A DNA stretch of 64,000 nt from an uncultured Acidimicrobiales bacterium (lineage in GTDB: Bacteria > Actinomycetota > Acidimicrobiia > Acidimicrobiales > UBA8190), in the NCBI GenBank assembly GCA_963764205.1, contig CAVXRN010000001.1:29987-93986 (forward strand), given 5' to 3'. Below the pieces are notes generated by a model. The model was not told where the DNA came from. It was given only the letters and a program-made list of their open reading frames with translations, and ran no database searches. Shown in pieces: positions 1 through 8,605 of the stretch; position 1 is the stretch's first letter; each line of letters begins with the position of its first letter. A program made the translations under genes and the position numbers.

Positions 1-259
1 GGATGAGCATGAACCGCAGCGGCCAGTACCCGGGGCGCGGGTCGGAAAGCTCGTGCCGGGACCAGAAGACCCCCGTCAACGTGACCGCCGCGGCCGCGAG
101 CCAGACGATCAACCCGACGGCCAGGACCCACGGTGTCTTTCCCAGCGACAGCACGATGAGGCCCGCGACGGCGACCGCCAGCCCGAGGTACCCCACTCGG
201 AGGGCCCACACAGCCATTCTCCAGTGTCGGTTGTGTTGTAGCTCCGGGGGCTCGTCCAT
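1..259 (-). CDS. hypothetical membrane protein, truncated by the window edge
   Basis: The ATG at 259-257 opens a minus-strand frame that runs off the left edge (MDEPPELQHNRHWRMAVWALRVGYLGLAVAVAGLIVLSLGKTPWVLAVGLIVWLAAAAVTLTG...). It has two hydrophobic helices and G/C-rich third positions. It is absent from the ORF track because there is no stop inside the window. Confidence 0.4.
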   Translation of the reverse strand, partial: MDEPPELQHNRHWRMAVWALRVGYLGLAVAVAGLIVLSLGKTPWVLAVGLIVWLAAAAVTLTGVFWSRHELSDPRPGYWPLRFMLI

Positions 260-305
260 GTGAGGGATGCCCCTATCGTAATTGCTAGCCCTGAGGTGTC
301 TGGCA

Positions 306-992
306 CTACCAGGCGAGCTCGCCTTCGTTCTCGTGGAAGGTCCCGGTGGGGCCGTCGGGGTCGAGGGTGGCCATACGCACGATGACTTCGGCGCCTTTCT
401 CGACCGGCTGCCCCGCCCCGCTGAACGGAGTGAGGTCCGTGGCGGTGAACCCCGGCTCGACCGCATTGAACTTGATCGTCGGCAGCGCCTTGGCGTACTG
501 GACCGTGAGCATCGAGACTGCGGCCTTGCTCGCGCCGTAGACGATGGAGGGGAAGTGAAATTGGCGCCGCTCGGGATTGGTCACAGCCCAGAACGAGCCG
601 AGGGCACTGGAGACGTTGACGACAACAGGATTCTCGGACTTCTCCAGCAGCGGGAGTGCGGCCTGGGTCACACGCACGATGCCGACCGCATTGGTGTCGA
701 ATACCTCGAGCGCGACGGGGCCCGAGACGTCTGCCGTCGTACTGATGCCGGCGTTGTTGACAAGGACGTCCAGGTGTCCCTCTCGCTGCGCGATGACGCC
801 CAGGGCGCTCTGGACCGACTTGTCGTCAGTCACGTCGAGCTGCACGAAGTGGCAGCCGAGCTGCGAAGCCGCAGTCTCTCCGCGCTCGGCGCTGCGCGCC
901 CCGATGTAGACGGTGTGCCCCCGGTCGACCAGTTGGCTCGCCGTCTCGTAGCCCAGGCCCTTGTTCGCCCCGGTGATCAGCGTCACGGTCAT
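306..992 (-). CDS. short-chain dehydrogenase/reductase (SDR family)
   Basis: A 228-aa product from ATG 992, inside ORF 306..1295. It carries the TGANKGLG Rossmann motif, NNAG and the YGASK (YxxxK) catalytic motif. The upstream part of the long ORF is R/S/G-rich junk. Confidence 0.9.
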   Translation of the reverse strand: MTVTLITGANKGLGYETASQLVDRGHTVYIGARSAERGETAASQLGCHFVQLDVTDDKSVQSALGVIAQREGHLDVLVNNAGISTTADVSGPVALEVFDTNAVGIVRVTQAALPLLEKSENPVVVNVSSALGSFWAVTNPERRQFHFPSIVYGASKAAVSMLTVQYAKALPTIKFNAVEPGFTATDLTPFSGAGQPVEKGAEVIVRMATLDPDGPTGTFHENEGELAW

Positions 993-1071
993 GTTTGGAT
1001 CTCCTCGGTCGTGCCCTAGCCTTCCAGGACCTTGCCCTCCCCGGCCGAAACCAACCCACAGGAGGAAATCA

Positions 1072-1428
1072 ATGGTGAGGGACGACGACGAGGCACTGGC
1101 CAAGAAACGTCGGGCCGCCCAACACCCGGACCGGCCGGGGGAGCGGTGCAATGCTCCCGCCGGGACCTGGACGCCTGTCGTCGACCACGGCCGGTGCGAG
1201 GCCAAGAGCGACTGCGTTGTGGTCTGCCCCAACGACGTGTTCGAGGTCGGGCGGATCGACGACGATGACTTCAGCCGATTGTCCCGCCTCGCCAAGCTCC
1301 GGGTTCTCGCTCACCGGCGCAGGACCGCGTACACGCCCAATGCCGACGGGTGTCGCGCCTGCGGGCTGTGCGTCGTCGCCTGTCCCGAGGGCGCCATCAC
1401 CCTCGTACCCTCGCCCCGCGACGGCTGA
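1072..1428 (+). CDS. 4Fe-4S ferredoxin-domain protein
   Basis: ATG 1072 is preceded by ggagga (1061-1066). Cluster motifs are CEAKSDCVVVCP and CRACGLCVVACP. Confidence 0.8.
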   Translation: MVRDDDEALAKKRRAAQHPDRPGERCNAPAGTWTPVVDHGRCEAKSDCVVVCPNDVFEVGRIDDDDFSRLSRLAKLRVLAHRRRTAYTPNADGCRACGLCVVACPEGAITLVPSPRDG

Positions 1429-1455
1429 ACCACCCTCCCCAGAGCCGCGGTGGCG

Positions 1456-1603
1456 GAGCGGGCCGGGCTCCCAGGGGGGTCCTGGCCCCGCTCACTCCGA
1501 CGAGTCGGTGGTGCTCTCTGTACGTAGTGCAACTCCCACGGGTAGCGTTGTAAGTGATGCTGGGGCTGGAGGCACCCGGTCCTGGGGGGGTCCCGGGTGC
1601 CTC
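1456..1603 (-). ncRNA. speculative small RNA with two C-rich-loop hairpins (6C-like)
   Basis: Stems pair 1456-1464 with 1484-1493 and 1569-1579 with 1593-1603. Read on the minus strand, the loops carry C6 and C7 runs. There is no credible ORF here. The call is structural only, with no covariance-model test. Confidence 0.15.
1569..1603. other. strong GC hairpin, possible bidirectional terminator
   Basis: A perfect 11-bp inverted repeat, gaggcacccgg / ccgggtgcctc, with the 13-nt loop tcctgggggggtc. It lies between convergent genes. No U-tract follows on either strand. Confidence 0.7.
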
Positions 1604-1837
1604 GCCTCAGTTCCAACGACGTGACTTATCCACAGGGTGGGCGTACCGTTGCTGTGGGCGGTTCTTGGGGATGCCCCCCCTTTCGCTTGGAATCGCCCCG
1701 GAGGGATCGGCGGGGCGTGGGGGACCGTGTACTTCCCCGTACCACCTTGCGCTCCGCCCCCCTTCCGGACCCTTTCTAGAGGTTGACTTCCGGAATTAAG
1801 TTTCCAGAAGAGCGGGAGTACCTCGAGCCGTCGGGTG

Positions 1838-3792
1838 TCAGCGTCGGCGATGTTCGTGGCCCTTGCGGTGCAAGGAGCCCAGAGGGGTTCTTGGCGCTGA
1901 AACCGTCACCGACCGCCCTGCCACGGCTCCGGCGGAACTGGAGACCACGACGACCCCTCCCTGGGCCCCGACCGGCACGATGACCTTCACCGAGGTCGGT
2001 GCGGTCTTGGTGATAGGGACCGCCACCCCGCCGATGGTGACACGTGTCACCTCGGACAAGTTCTCCCCCTTGATGGTGAGTGTCTTGCCCGGCTTGGCCG
2101 GGGAGGGGCTGTAACTGGTCATCGACGGTGTCTCACCGCCGATGTGGAACCGGGGGTCTCCGACGGGCAGCTCCAGCTTGGCCACCACGCTCCCGTCCTG
2201 CTCGGCCAGAGACTTGTAGCAGGCATGGACGAAGGCGCCACTGCACTTGGCCAGGAACGAGGGCAGCGGCGGCGAATCTCCCAACGATTGGAAGCAGATG
2301 ACCACCCCCTTCTTGGAGGGGAGGTTCATCACGGTGTCGGTGACGAGCACGTCGGTGCCGCTCAAGTGGGAGTCGGTGAGCGTGGCCACGGGCGCCTCGT
2401 AGTTGAAGTTCGGTACACCCCAACACCGCCGGGGCCACCACCAGCGTGATGCTGGCGCTGGCGCTGACGACCTTGACGCCGGTCACCGCCAGGGTCTGCG
2501 ACGGGGCACTCAGCATGGCCGAACAGCCCGTGGACCCCGGCGTGCACGGAGCCACGACGGTGTCGGTTTCAAAGGCCCCCATGTCACACGGGGTGTTTCT
2601 CACATAGCCCCGCTGGTCGGTCGAGGGACACAGCGAGGGATCGGTCACGGCCCGGATGGCGGGGCTGCCCGCCTCCAAGGCGATGGTCTGGGTGGGCCCG
2701 CCGTTGTTCTGCAGTCCGGAGGGATCCAGATCGGGGGGGGTGTCGGACAACGTCGCCGGTGGCGGTCAAGTCGCACGTGCCGTCGTCGTCGAGGTTGTAG
2801 CCCAGGTCGTTGAAGGTGCCCGAAACAATCGCCACCCGTATTGTTGGCCAGGATGGTGGCGCCCAGGTTCACCGTGGCGCCGTTGAAGTTGCCGATACCG
2901 CCGCCGCAGCATCCCGCGCTGTTGCCCGAGAGGGTGCTGTCGGTCACGGTCAGCATGGCGCCGAAGTTGTTCTCGATCGCACCGCCGAAGTAGCCGCTAT
3001 TGTCCGTCAGGGTGCTGTCGGACAAGGTTAGATTGCCGCTGTAGTCGTTGAGGATCGCCAGGCCGCTGTTGTCCGAGAAGGTGCTGCCGGTCACGTGCAA
3101 TGTGGCACCGTTGTCGATCCCGCCGCCGGCGGAACTGCTGTTGCCCGAGAAGGTGCTGTCGTTCACGGTCATCGTGCCGCCGTTGTTATTGATCGCGCCG
3201 CCGTAGTAGCGGTTGTCATTCGAGAAGGTGCTGCCGGTCACGTTCACCGTGGCGCCGAAGTTGTAGATCCCGGCGCCCCATCCCCCGCCGGGGTTGCCGT
3301 TGTCCGACACGGTGCAGTCCGTTCACGTTCACGGTGCCGACGTTGACGTAGATCCCGTCGCCATAGCCGCTGGACGCTCATGCCGTTCGTGATGGTCAAA
3401 CCATCGAGGGTCACCGTACCGTTACTGATGGTGAACACCGATCCGGCCGCTCCACCGTTCACGGTCGTGGTAGAGGCCCCGGCTCCGGCGATGGTGAGCG
3501 AGTTGAGCGACGAGGCGCTGACAGGTGTCGTTCTCGGTGTAGGTGCCCGCGGCCACGTTGATGGTCACGTCGTCGCCGTTGTCGGAACCACCTTCTGCGG
3601 TGGTGATGGCGGTCTGGATGGAACCGCAGGCGTTTACTTGGGAGCTGCAGTCACCCGACTCCTCCGGAACGCGACGTAGAGCGATACCGCTGGTTGGGCC
3701 GAAGCGGGCGCCGTGCCTGCGATCACCGACACGAGGGAGGCACCCCCGAACAGCAGCGATCCGGCCAGTGCGGCCCACAGATACCGTCTCAT
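1838..3792 (-). pseudogene. decayed secreted beta-helix / choice-of-anchor-Q-like / IPT-TIG protein (paralog of 33524..35272)
   Basis: A signal peptide MRRYLWAALAGSLLFGGASLVSVIAGTAPASA starts at ATG 3792. Collinear homologous pieces then jump between frames. These are ORFs 3422..3880 (CSSQVNACGSIQTAITTAEGG...AAGTYTEN), 3244..3462 (NGGAAGSVFTISNGTVTLDGLTITNG), 2645..3310 (GSTFSxN beta-helix repeats), 2584..2835 (GTFNDLGYNLDDDGTCDL), 2133..2750 (LQNNGGPTQTIAL...CDMGAFE) and 1838..2389 (KTLTIKGENLSEVTRVTIGG). Confidence 0.8.
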
Positions 3793-3997
3793 CGAGTCCC
3801 TCCCGGTCACGCAGACGACACCGTGTCATCTGCTGGGCCGGGGGCGGTCGGCGAAAGACGGCGTCACTCGTGTGCGCCAAGACAAACCGCCCGCCACGGC
3901 TTGACCCCGGACACTAGGAGAGATCCCGGCACGGTGCATCATCCATTTTGAGGGCTGGGGGACGGGCGCCGTGCGGGACGGGTTCAGGCGTCAGGGG

Positions 3998-4753
3998 TCA
4001 ACCGAACTTGGTGCGCGCCCGGTCCTGGAGCACGCCGTCGACGTAGAGGTCGATCTTCTCGTTGTAGAACGCGGCCAAGCCGGCGATCTTCTGGCTCTCG
4101 GGCAGCGGGGACCGGTAGATCCACACGAAGTCGTCGTAGCGATGACCATTGAGGTCGAGATGCCAGTAGGTCGCCGTGCCCTTGTAGGGGCAGAGCGTTT
4201 CGGACTGCGAAGGCGTCAGGAGGTCGAGCCGCACGTCCGGCAGGGGAAGGTAGTAGCGCGGCGGGAGTCCGGTCTCGAACAGGATCCGGGGCCGATGCGA
4301 CTCCGCGATGGTTTCGCCGTCGACGACGACCCGGATGTGGCGAGAGCTGGCCAGGATGTCGACCCGGGTGTAGGGATCGCGAGGATGGCCGTAGACGGGC
4401 TCGTCCTCCTCCAGCCATTCGTCCATGGCGGCCCACTCGAGGCGAACGGCGTCGCGAATCTCCTCCAGGGGTGAGGCCGCATAGCGCCGGGCCGCACCCG
4501 GCGCGGCGGACCGCGCCACTTTCACGTCGTAGACATCGGCGTCGCCCCGGCTGGGGGAGTGTTCGATCCCGCCCGTGGGAACGAGCTCGGCTCGAATGTC
4601 CGATGACGGGATGTAGTAGGTCGGGTAGTACGGAACCTCCCACACCAGGAGCGGGTGCGTCGTGTCGGCGACCAACTCCCCGCCCAGGTACGCCCTGACC
4701 CTCTTGTGCGAGGGCTCGACCCGCACCCGCCCTCGTGCGTGCTCTGTCTCCAT
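3998..4753 (-). CDS. DUF427 domain protein (two DUF427-like halves)
   Basis: A 251-aa ORF with two internally similar halves (VRVEPSHKRVRAYLGGELVADT... and IRVVVDGETIAESHRPRILFETGLPPRYYLP). This is the pattern I recognise as DUF427. Confidence 0.8.
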   Translation of the reverse strand: METEHARGRVRVEPSHKRVRAYLGGELVADTTHPLLVWEVPYYPTYYIPSSDIRAELVPTGGIEHSPSRGDADVYDVKVARSAAPGAARRYAASPLEEIRDAVRLEWAAMDEWLEEDEPVYGHPRDPYTRVDILASSRHIRVVVDGETIAESHRPRILFETGLPPRYYLPLPDVRLDLLTPSQSETLCPYKGTATYWHLDLNGHRYDDFVWIYRSPLPESQKIAGLAAFYNEKIDLYVDGVLQDRARTKFG

Positions 4754-4810
4754 GGTGATTGCAACAGGGCAGTGGGCAGAGTGCTTCCCCAGCCTCTTCC
4801 GGCGTAAGCC

Positions 4811-4824
4811 ATACCGTACGGTAT
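4811..4824. promoter_or_regulatory. candidate TetR operator (perfect 14-bp palindrome)
   Basis: ATACCGTACGGTAT lies in the 105-nt divergent intergenic region between DUF427 and tetR. An extra ATACCG half-site sits at 4828-4833. Confidence 0.5.
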
Positions 4825-4858
4825 TGCATACCGAACAGAATCCTATAAACTGAGTCGC

Positions 4859-5485
4859 ATGCCGAGGGGAGCAACAAAGCGGAGGCCGATCACCGTTTCG
4901 GCCTTGCTCGATGCCGCCATGGAGCTGTTCGCCGAGCAGGGGTACGGGGCGACCTCGATACCCGACATCTGCGCGCGCGCCGGCCTGACCAAAGGAGCGT
5001 TCTACTCCAACTTCGCCAACAAGGACGCCCTCTTCCTCGCCCTCCTCGACCGCAGTTGGGAGCGGCGGGCAGCGTGGATTCGCGCCGCGATGCCGGCCGG
5101 CGACGCGCTCGACGATGCGGCTGACGATCCAACCCGTGTCCCGGGTCTGGTCGTCGACCGGCAGTGGACGCTCGTCTCGGTCGAGTTCTCACTGCACGCC
5201 ATCCGTCACCCCGATGTGGCGCTGCTCCTCGTCCAGCACGAGGTACGGGTCCGCTCGGAGCTTGCCGTGCTCGTGACCGAGGCGCTCGAACAGGCGGGAC
5301 GCATTCCAACCCTGCCGGTCGACGAGCTGGCTCGCATGATCGTGGCGGTGACCGAGGGCAGCGACATCCAGGAGTTGACCACCGTGGCAGCAGGTGGCGT
5401 CGTCGACTCGGGCGTCGGCCCGAAGGCCGTGATCGCGTTGCTCCGACAGTGCTCGGTGCCGTCGACGTCCGTGCCAACCGGGTAG
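4859..5485 (+). CDS. TetR/AcrR family transcriptional regulator
   Basis: N-terminal HTH: ALLDAAMELFAEQGYGATSIPDICARAGLTKGAFYSNFANKDALF. Confidence 0.9.
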   Translation: MPRGATKRRPITVSALLDAAMELFAEQGYGATSIPDICARAGLTKGAFYSNFANKDALFLALLDRSWERRAAWIRAAMPAGDALDDAADDPTRVPGLVVDRQWTLVSVEFSLHAIRHPDVALLLVQHEVRVRSELAVLVTEALEQAGRIPTLPVDELARMIVAVTEGSDIQELTTVAAGGVVDSGVGPKAVIALLRQCSVPSTSVPTG

Positions 5486-5491
5486 GACTCG

Positions 5492-6907
5492 ATGAACGAC
5501 TTCAACCCTCTCGGTCCCCTCGACGAGCTGCTGTCGGAGGTCGGGTTGTCCCGGATCGAGACCGGAGGCGCTGTCTCGTTTGCCGGAAGAGATCCCATCG
5601 TGCCGGCGGTCCACCGGCTGGGGGCCTGCATCGGCGTCCCGCTCATGGCCGGAGCCGTCGCGGCGGTGGCCTTTCATCGGCATCGGGGTGGGCCGGCCCA
5701 GGACCTCCACCTCGACCTGCGCGAAGCCGTGCACACCATCAACCCGGGAGCCTTCTGGCACCCCACGCTCAACGGCGAGACGGCGCCACATCCGCTCCTG
5801 TTCGACAACCCGTTCCTCCTGGCCCCCTACCGGACGGCCGATGGCCGCTGGGTCATGGCCACGGCCGTCTACCCGCACCTCGTAGCCAAGTGGTGCCGCT
5901 TCTTGGACGTGCCACCCGACACCGCTCGGGTCGCCCAGGCCATCGCCACGTGGGACGCGTTCGAGCTGGAGGAGGAGGCGAGCGCCAAGGGCCTGCCGAT
6001 CTCTATCGTGCGCACGCCGGCGCAGTGGTTGGCGCACGAGCAGGGAGCTCTGCTGGCCGGCCAGCCGGTGATCGGACTGGAGCGGATCGGCGACGCTCCG
6101 CCGCGCCACTTCGGGGTGGCCGATCGACCGTTCGACGGCATCCGCGTGCTGTCGTTCACCCACGCGGTCGCTGGCCCCACGGTCGGAAGGACCTTGGCCG
6201 AGCACGGAGCGGACGTCCTCGGGGCGACGCGCCCCAACGACTACGAGCACGAGCACATCTACGCCGAGGCCAACATCGGCTCCCGCAGTGCCTATGTCGA
6301 TCTCGACAGTCCGATCGGGAAGGACCGCGCCGCGAAGCTCCTGTCCGACGCCGACGTGGTCGTCAACAACCACCGCCTGGGCTCGCTCGAGCGCCGCGGG
6401 CTCGATCCCCGAGAGCTCGCCCGGGACCGTCCGGGGCTCGTCTACGTCTCGGTCACGTGTTACGGGGCGAGCGGCCCGTGGGCGCGGCGTGGGGGCTTCG
6501 ACATGAACGGATCGGCCGTGTCGGGGCTCATGGCCAGCGAGGGGAGTGCGGCCGAGCCTCGGTTTCCCGTCACGTTCCTCGTCAACGACTACATCACCGG
6601 CTACCTCGGTGCCATCGGCGCCACGGCCGCACTGGTCAAACGCGCCACCGAAGGCGGCTCGTGGCACGTGACCGTCAGCCTGACCAAGTCAGCCATGTGG
6701 TGTGGCTCGCTCGGCTTCGTGGACCCGGCGCTGGCAGGCTGCGACGACGAGCACCGCCTACGCGAGCCGACCTCCTACGATGCGCCGAGCCCGTTCGGGG
6801 ACGTCCACATGGTCGCCCCACCCGTGCGGTTCTCCGAGATACCGCCGTCGTGGCCTGACCCGGTCCTCGTGCCGCGGGGATCGAGCCGGCCCGAATGGCG
6901 CACCTAG
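5492..6907 (+). CDS. CoA-transferase family III (CaiB/BaiF-like)
   Basis: A 471-aa ORF. The RVLSFTHAVAGPTVGRTLAEHGADVL motif is typical of family III CoA transferases. It starts 7 nt after the tetR stop. Confidence 0.85.
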   Translation: MNDFNPLGPLDELLSEVGLSRIETGGAVSFAGRDPIVPAVHRLGACIGVPLMAGAVAAVAFHRHRGGPAQDLHLDLREAVHTINPGAFWHPTLNGETAPHPLLFDNPFLLAPYRTADGRWVMATAVYPHLVAKWCRFLDVPPDTARVAQAIATWDAFELEEEASAKGLPISIVRTPAQWLAHEQGALLAGQPVIGLERIGDAPPRHFGVADRPFDGIRVLSFTHAVAGPTVGRTLAEHGADVLGATRPNDYEHEHIYAEANIGSRSAYVDLDSPIGKDRAAKLLSDADVVVNNHRLGSLERRGLDPRELARDRPGLVYVSVTCYGASGPWARRGGFDMNGSAVSGLMASEGSAAEPRFPVTFLVNDYITGYLGAIGATAALVKRATEGGSWHVTVSLTKSAMWCGSLGFVDPALAGCDDEHRLREPTSYDAPSPFGDVHMVAPPVRFSEIPPSWPDPVLVPRGSSRPEWRT

Positions 6908-7314
6908 ACGGGAGACGCCAACTCCGCCAGGAGCGCCCGCACCCGAGCATCGATGGCGTCCCGGATGGGCCGCACCTCTTCGACCGACTTGCCCGCCGGG
7001 TCGGGAAGTTCCCAATCGACATAGCGTTTGCCGGGAAAGACCGGGCACGCATCGCCGCACCCCATCGTCACGATCACGTCGGACCGCTGCACCATGTGGT
7101 CGGACCACCTCTTCGGCTGTTCCGCCGTGATGTCGATGCCCACCTCCGCCATGGCCGCGACGACCGCCGGATTGAGCGCTTCGCCCGGGTCCGACCCGGC
7201 CGAATGCACGACGACCCCGTTACCGCCGTAATGGGCAAGGAGCGCAGCCGCCATCTGCGAGCGACCCGCGTTGTGCACGCACAAGAAGAGCACCTCGGGA
7301 AGCTCCGTCGTCAT
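6904..7314 (-). CDS. arsC: arsenate reductase, LMW-PTP family
   Basis: 136 aa from ATG 7314. It has the CVHNAGRS (CX5R-S) P-loop and TMGCGDACP. It lies in an ars context and overlaps the upstream MIP gene by ATGA. Confidence 0.9.
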   Translation of the reverse strand: MTTELPEVLFLCVHNAGRSQMAAALLAHYGGNGVVVHSAGSDPGEALNPAVVAAMAEVGIDITAEQPKRWSDHMVQRSDVIVTMGCGDACPVFPGKRYVDWELPDPAGKSVEEVRPIRDAIDARVRALLAELASPV

Positions 7315-8051
7315 GTCGCAATCCCTGATTGCTCGTCGATCCGGTCGGAACGGGGGACGAGGATGTCGCCCGCCTCCTCGGGCGAGAGCCTGGGATAGAG
7401 CACGAGGATCACGCCGAGGGCGATGAGGCCCCCCACCACCTGGGCGGCCACGAAGCTCGGCGCAGACGACGGGGCGATCCCGGCGAAGGTGTTGGAGAAC
7501 ATGCGCCCGACCGTGATGGCGGGGTTGGCGAAGCTTGTCGATGACGTGAAGAAGTAGGCCGCACCGATGTACGCCCCCACCGCGGCCGGGGCGCTGCGTG
7601 AGCGGCCCGTGCGGGCCAGGGCGAAGATCACGAGCAGGAGCCCCAGCGTGGCGACGACCTCGGACAGGAAGTGCGCGGGAGAGGCCCGGTGCTTGGTCGA
7701 GAGCTCTGCGGCGGGGAGCGAGAACATGACGTTCGCCACCACCGCCCCCACGATGCATCCACCCACCTGGACCGGGAGGTACGCAGCCGCGTCGCCCCAG
7801 CGGAGTCCCCCGAAGGCGGCGTCCACGAACGACACCACCGGGTTGAAGTGCCCGCCGGAGACCGGCCCGAACATCACGATGACGGCGAACAGCCCCGTGG
7901 CGGTGGCCGCCGCATTCTCGAAGAGTTGGAGACCCGTGTTGCCCGGCGACAGCCGCTGCGCCGTGATGCCCGAGCCGACGACCACGAGGGCCAGAAACGC
8001 TGCGCCGAGGAACTCGGCCACGAGCCGTCGCCACAGCACCGGCTCGGTCAT
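7311..8051 (-). CDS. MIP/aquaporin-family channel in the ars operon (AqpS-like arsenite channel candidate)
   Basis: 246 aa from ATG 8051. It carries the HFNPVVS and FANPAIT (NPV/NPA) motifs and six hydrophobic segments. Confidence 0.85.
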   Translation of the reverse strand: MTEPVLWRRLVAEFLGAAFLALVVVGSGITAQRLSPGNTGLQLFENAAATATGLFAVIVMFGPVSGGHFNPVVSFVDAAFGGLRWGDAAAYLPVQVGGCIVGAVVANVMFSLPAAELSTKHRASPAHFLSEVVATLGLLLVIFALARTGRSRSAPAAVGAYIGAAYFFTSSTSFANPAITVGRMFSNTFAGIAPSSAPSFVAAQVVGGLIALGVILVLYPRLSPEEAGDILVPRSDRIDEQSGIAT

Positions 8052-8058
8052 GGGCTCG

Positions 8059-8526
8059 TCAGCAGCAGGTGGTCGCCGCCGGAGCGACGTCAACCTGGAG
8101 GTCGCAGCAGACGCTGGTGCCGTCCCCGCACGACGCGGCCTCCGGAGGAGCGTCCGCCAGCACGGTGTAGACCTCCCAGGGCATGGCGTCAGGGTCCTGT
8201 ACCCACACCTTGTCCTGCACGGCGTAGCAGCAGGTGGTCTCGTGCTCTTCGGTGACGACCAGGCCACCGCCCGAGAGGCGGCTCGTGGCCCGGGCGACGT
8301 CCTCGGTGCCCTCGACCTCGACGCCCAGGTGATTGAGCGCAGCACCGATGCCACTGCCCCGGCCTTGTGGCGTCTCGATGAGCACGAGCTTCAAGGGCGG
8401 GTCCACGATGGCGAAGTTGGCGTAGCCGGGCCGGACCTTGGACGGGGTGGACGCGAAGAGCTTGGAGTAGAAGTCGATGGCGGCGTCCAGGTCGGAGACG
8501 TTCAGGGCCAGTTGGACACGGGACAC
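8059..8526 (-). CDS. ArsI/CadI-family glyoxalase-fold metalloenzyme (C-As lyase candidate)
   Basis: GTG 8526 follows ggagg. The product has a VOC fold (VQLALNVSDLDAAIDFYSKLF), a vicinal Cys pair (TTCCYAV) and a Cys-rich tail (SCGDGTSVCC...TTCC). Confidence 0.75.
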   Translation of the reverse strand: MSRVQLALNVSDLDAAIDFYSKLFASTPSKVRPGYANFAIVDPPLKLVLIETPQGRGSGIGAALNHLGVEVEGTEDVARATSRLSGGGLVVTEEHETTCCYAVQDKVWVQDPDAMPWEVYTVLADAPPEAASCGDGTSVCCDLQVDVAPAATTCC

Positions 8527-8544
8527 GGGTGCCTCCGGTATAGA

Positions 8545-8594
8545 TTGATGGCAATCGATGTGATGAGTATCGTCAACGCATCGACATCTGTCAA
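8545..8594. promoter_or_regulatory. candidate ArsR operator / divergent promoter region
   Basis: An imperfect 16-nt inverted repeat, ttgatggcaatcgatg (8545-8560) / catcgacatctgtcaa (8579-8594), matches at 11 of 16 positions. Its core is perfect: TCGATG-N18-CATCGA. It lies between arsR and the arsI-like gene. Confidence 0.35.
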
Positions 8595-8605
8595 TAGGAG
8601 CGAAG

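Noticed and set aside
5164-6858. Long ORFs antisense to or out of frame with real genes. Examples are 5164..6858 (+), 5189..6667 (-), 9467..11290 (-), 12317..13222 (+), 22350..24326 (+), 47099..48727 (+), 50864..52429 (-), 55875..57131 (-) and 45225..46613 (+).
   Set aside because: Their translations are Arg/Gly/Pro/His-rich and low-complexity, with no recognisable motifs. Each fully overlaps a gene with clear family signatures. These are the typical shadow ORFs of high-GC DNA.
6904-8354. The extended forms of the arsC ORF (376 aa) and the MIP ORF (347 aa).
   Set aside because: The upstream extensions are R/P/G-rich and overlap the neighbouring genes. Internal ATGs at 7314 and 8051 give full-length family members with ATGA coupling.
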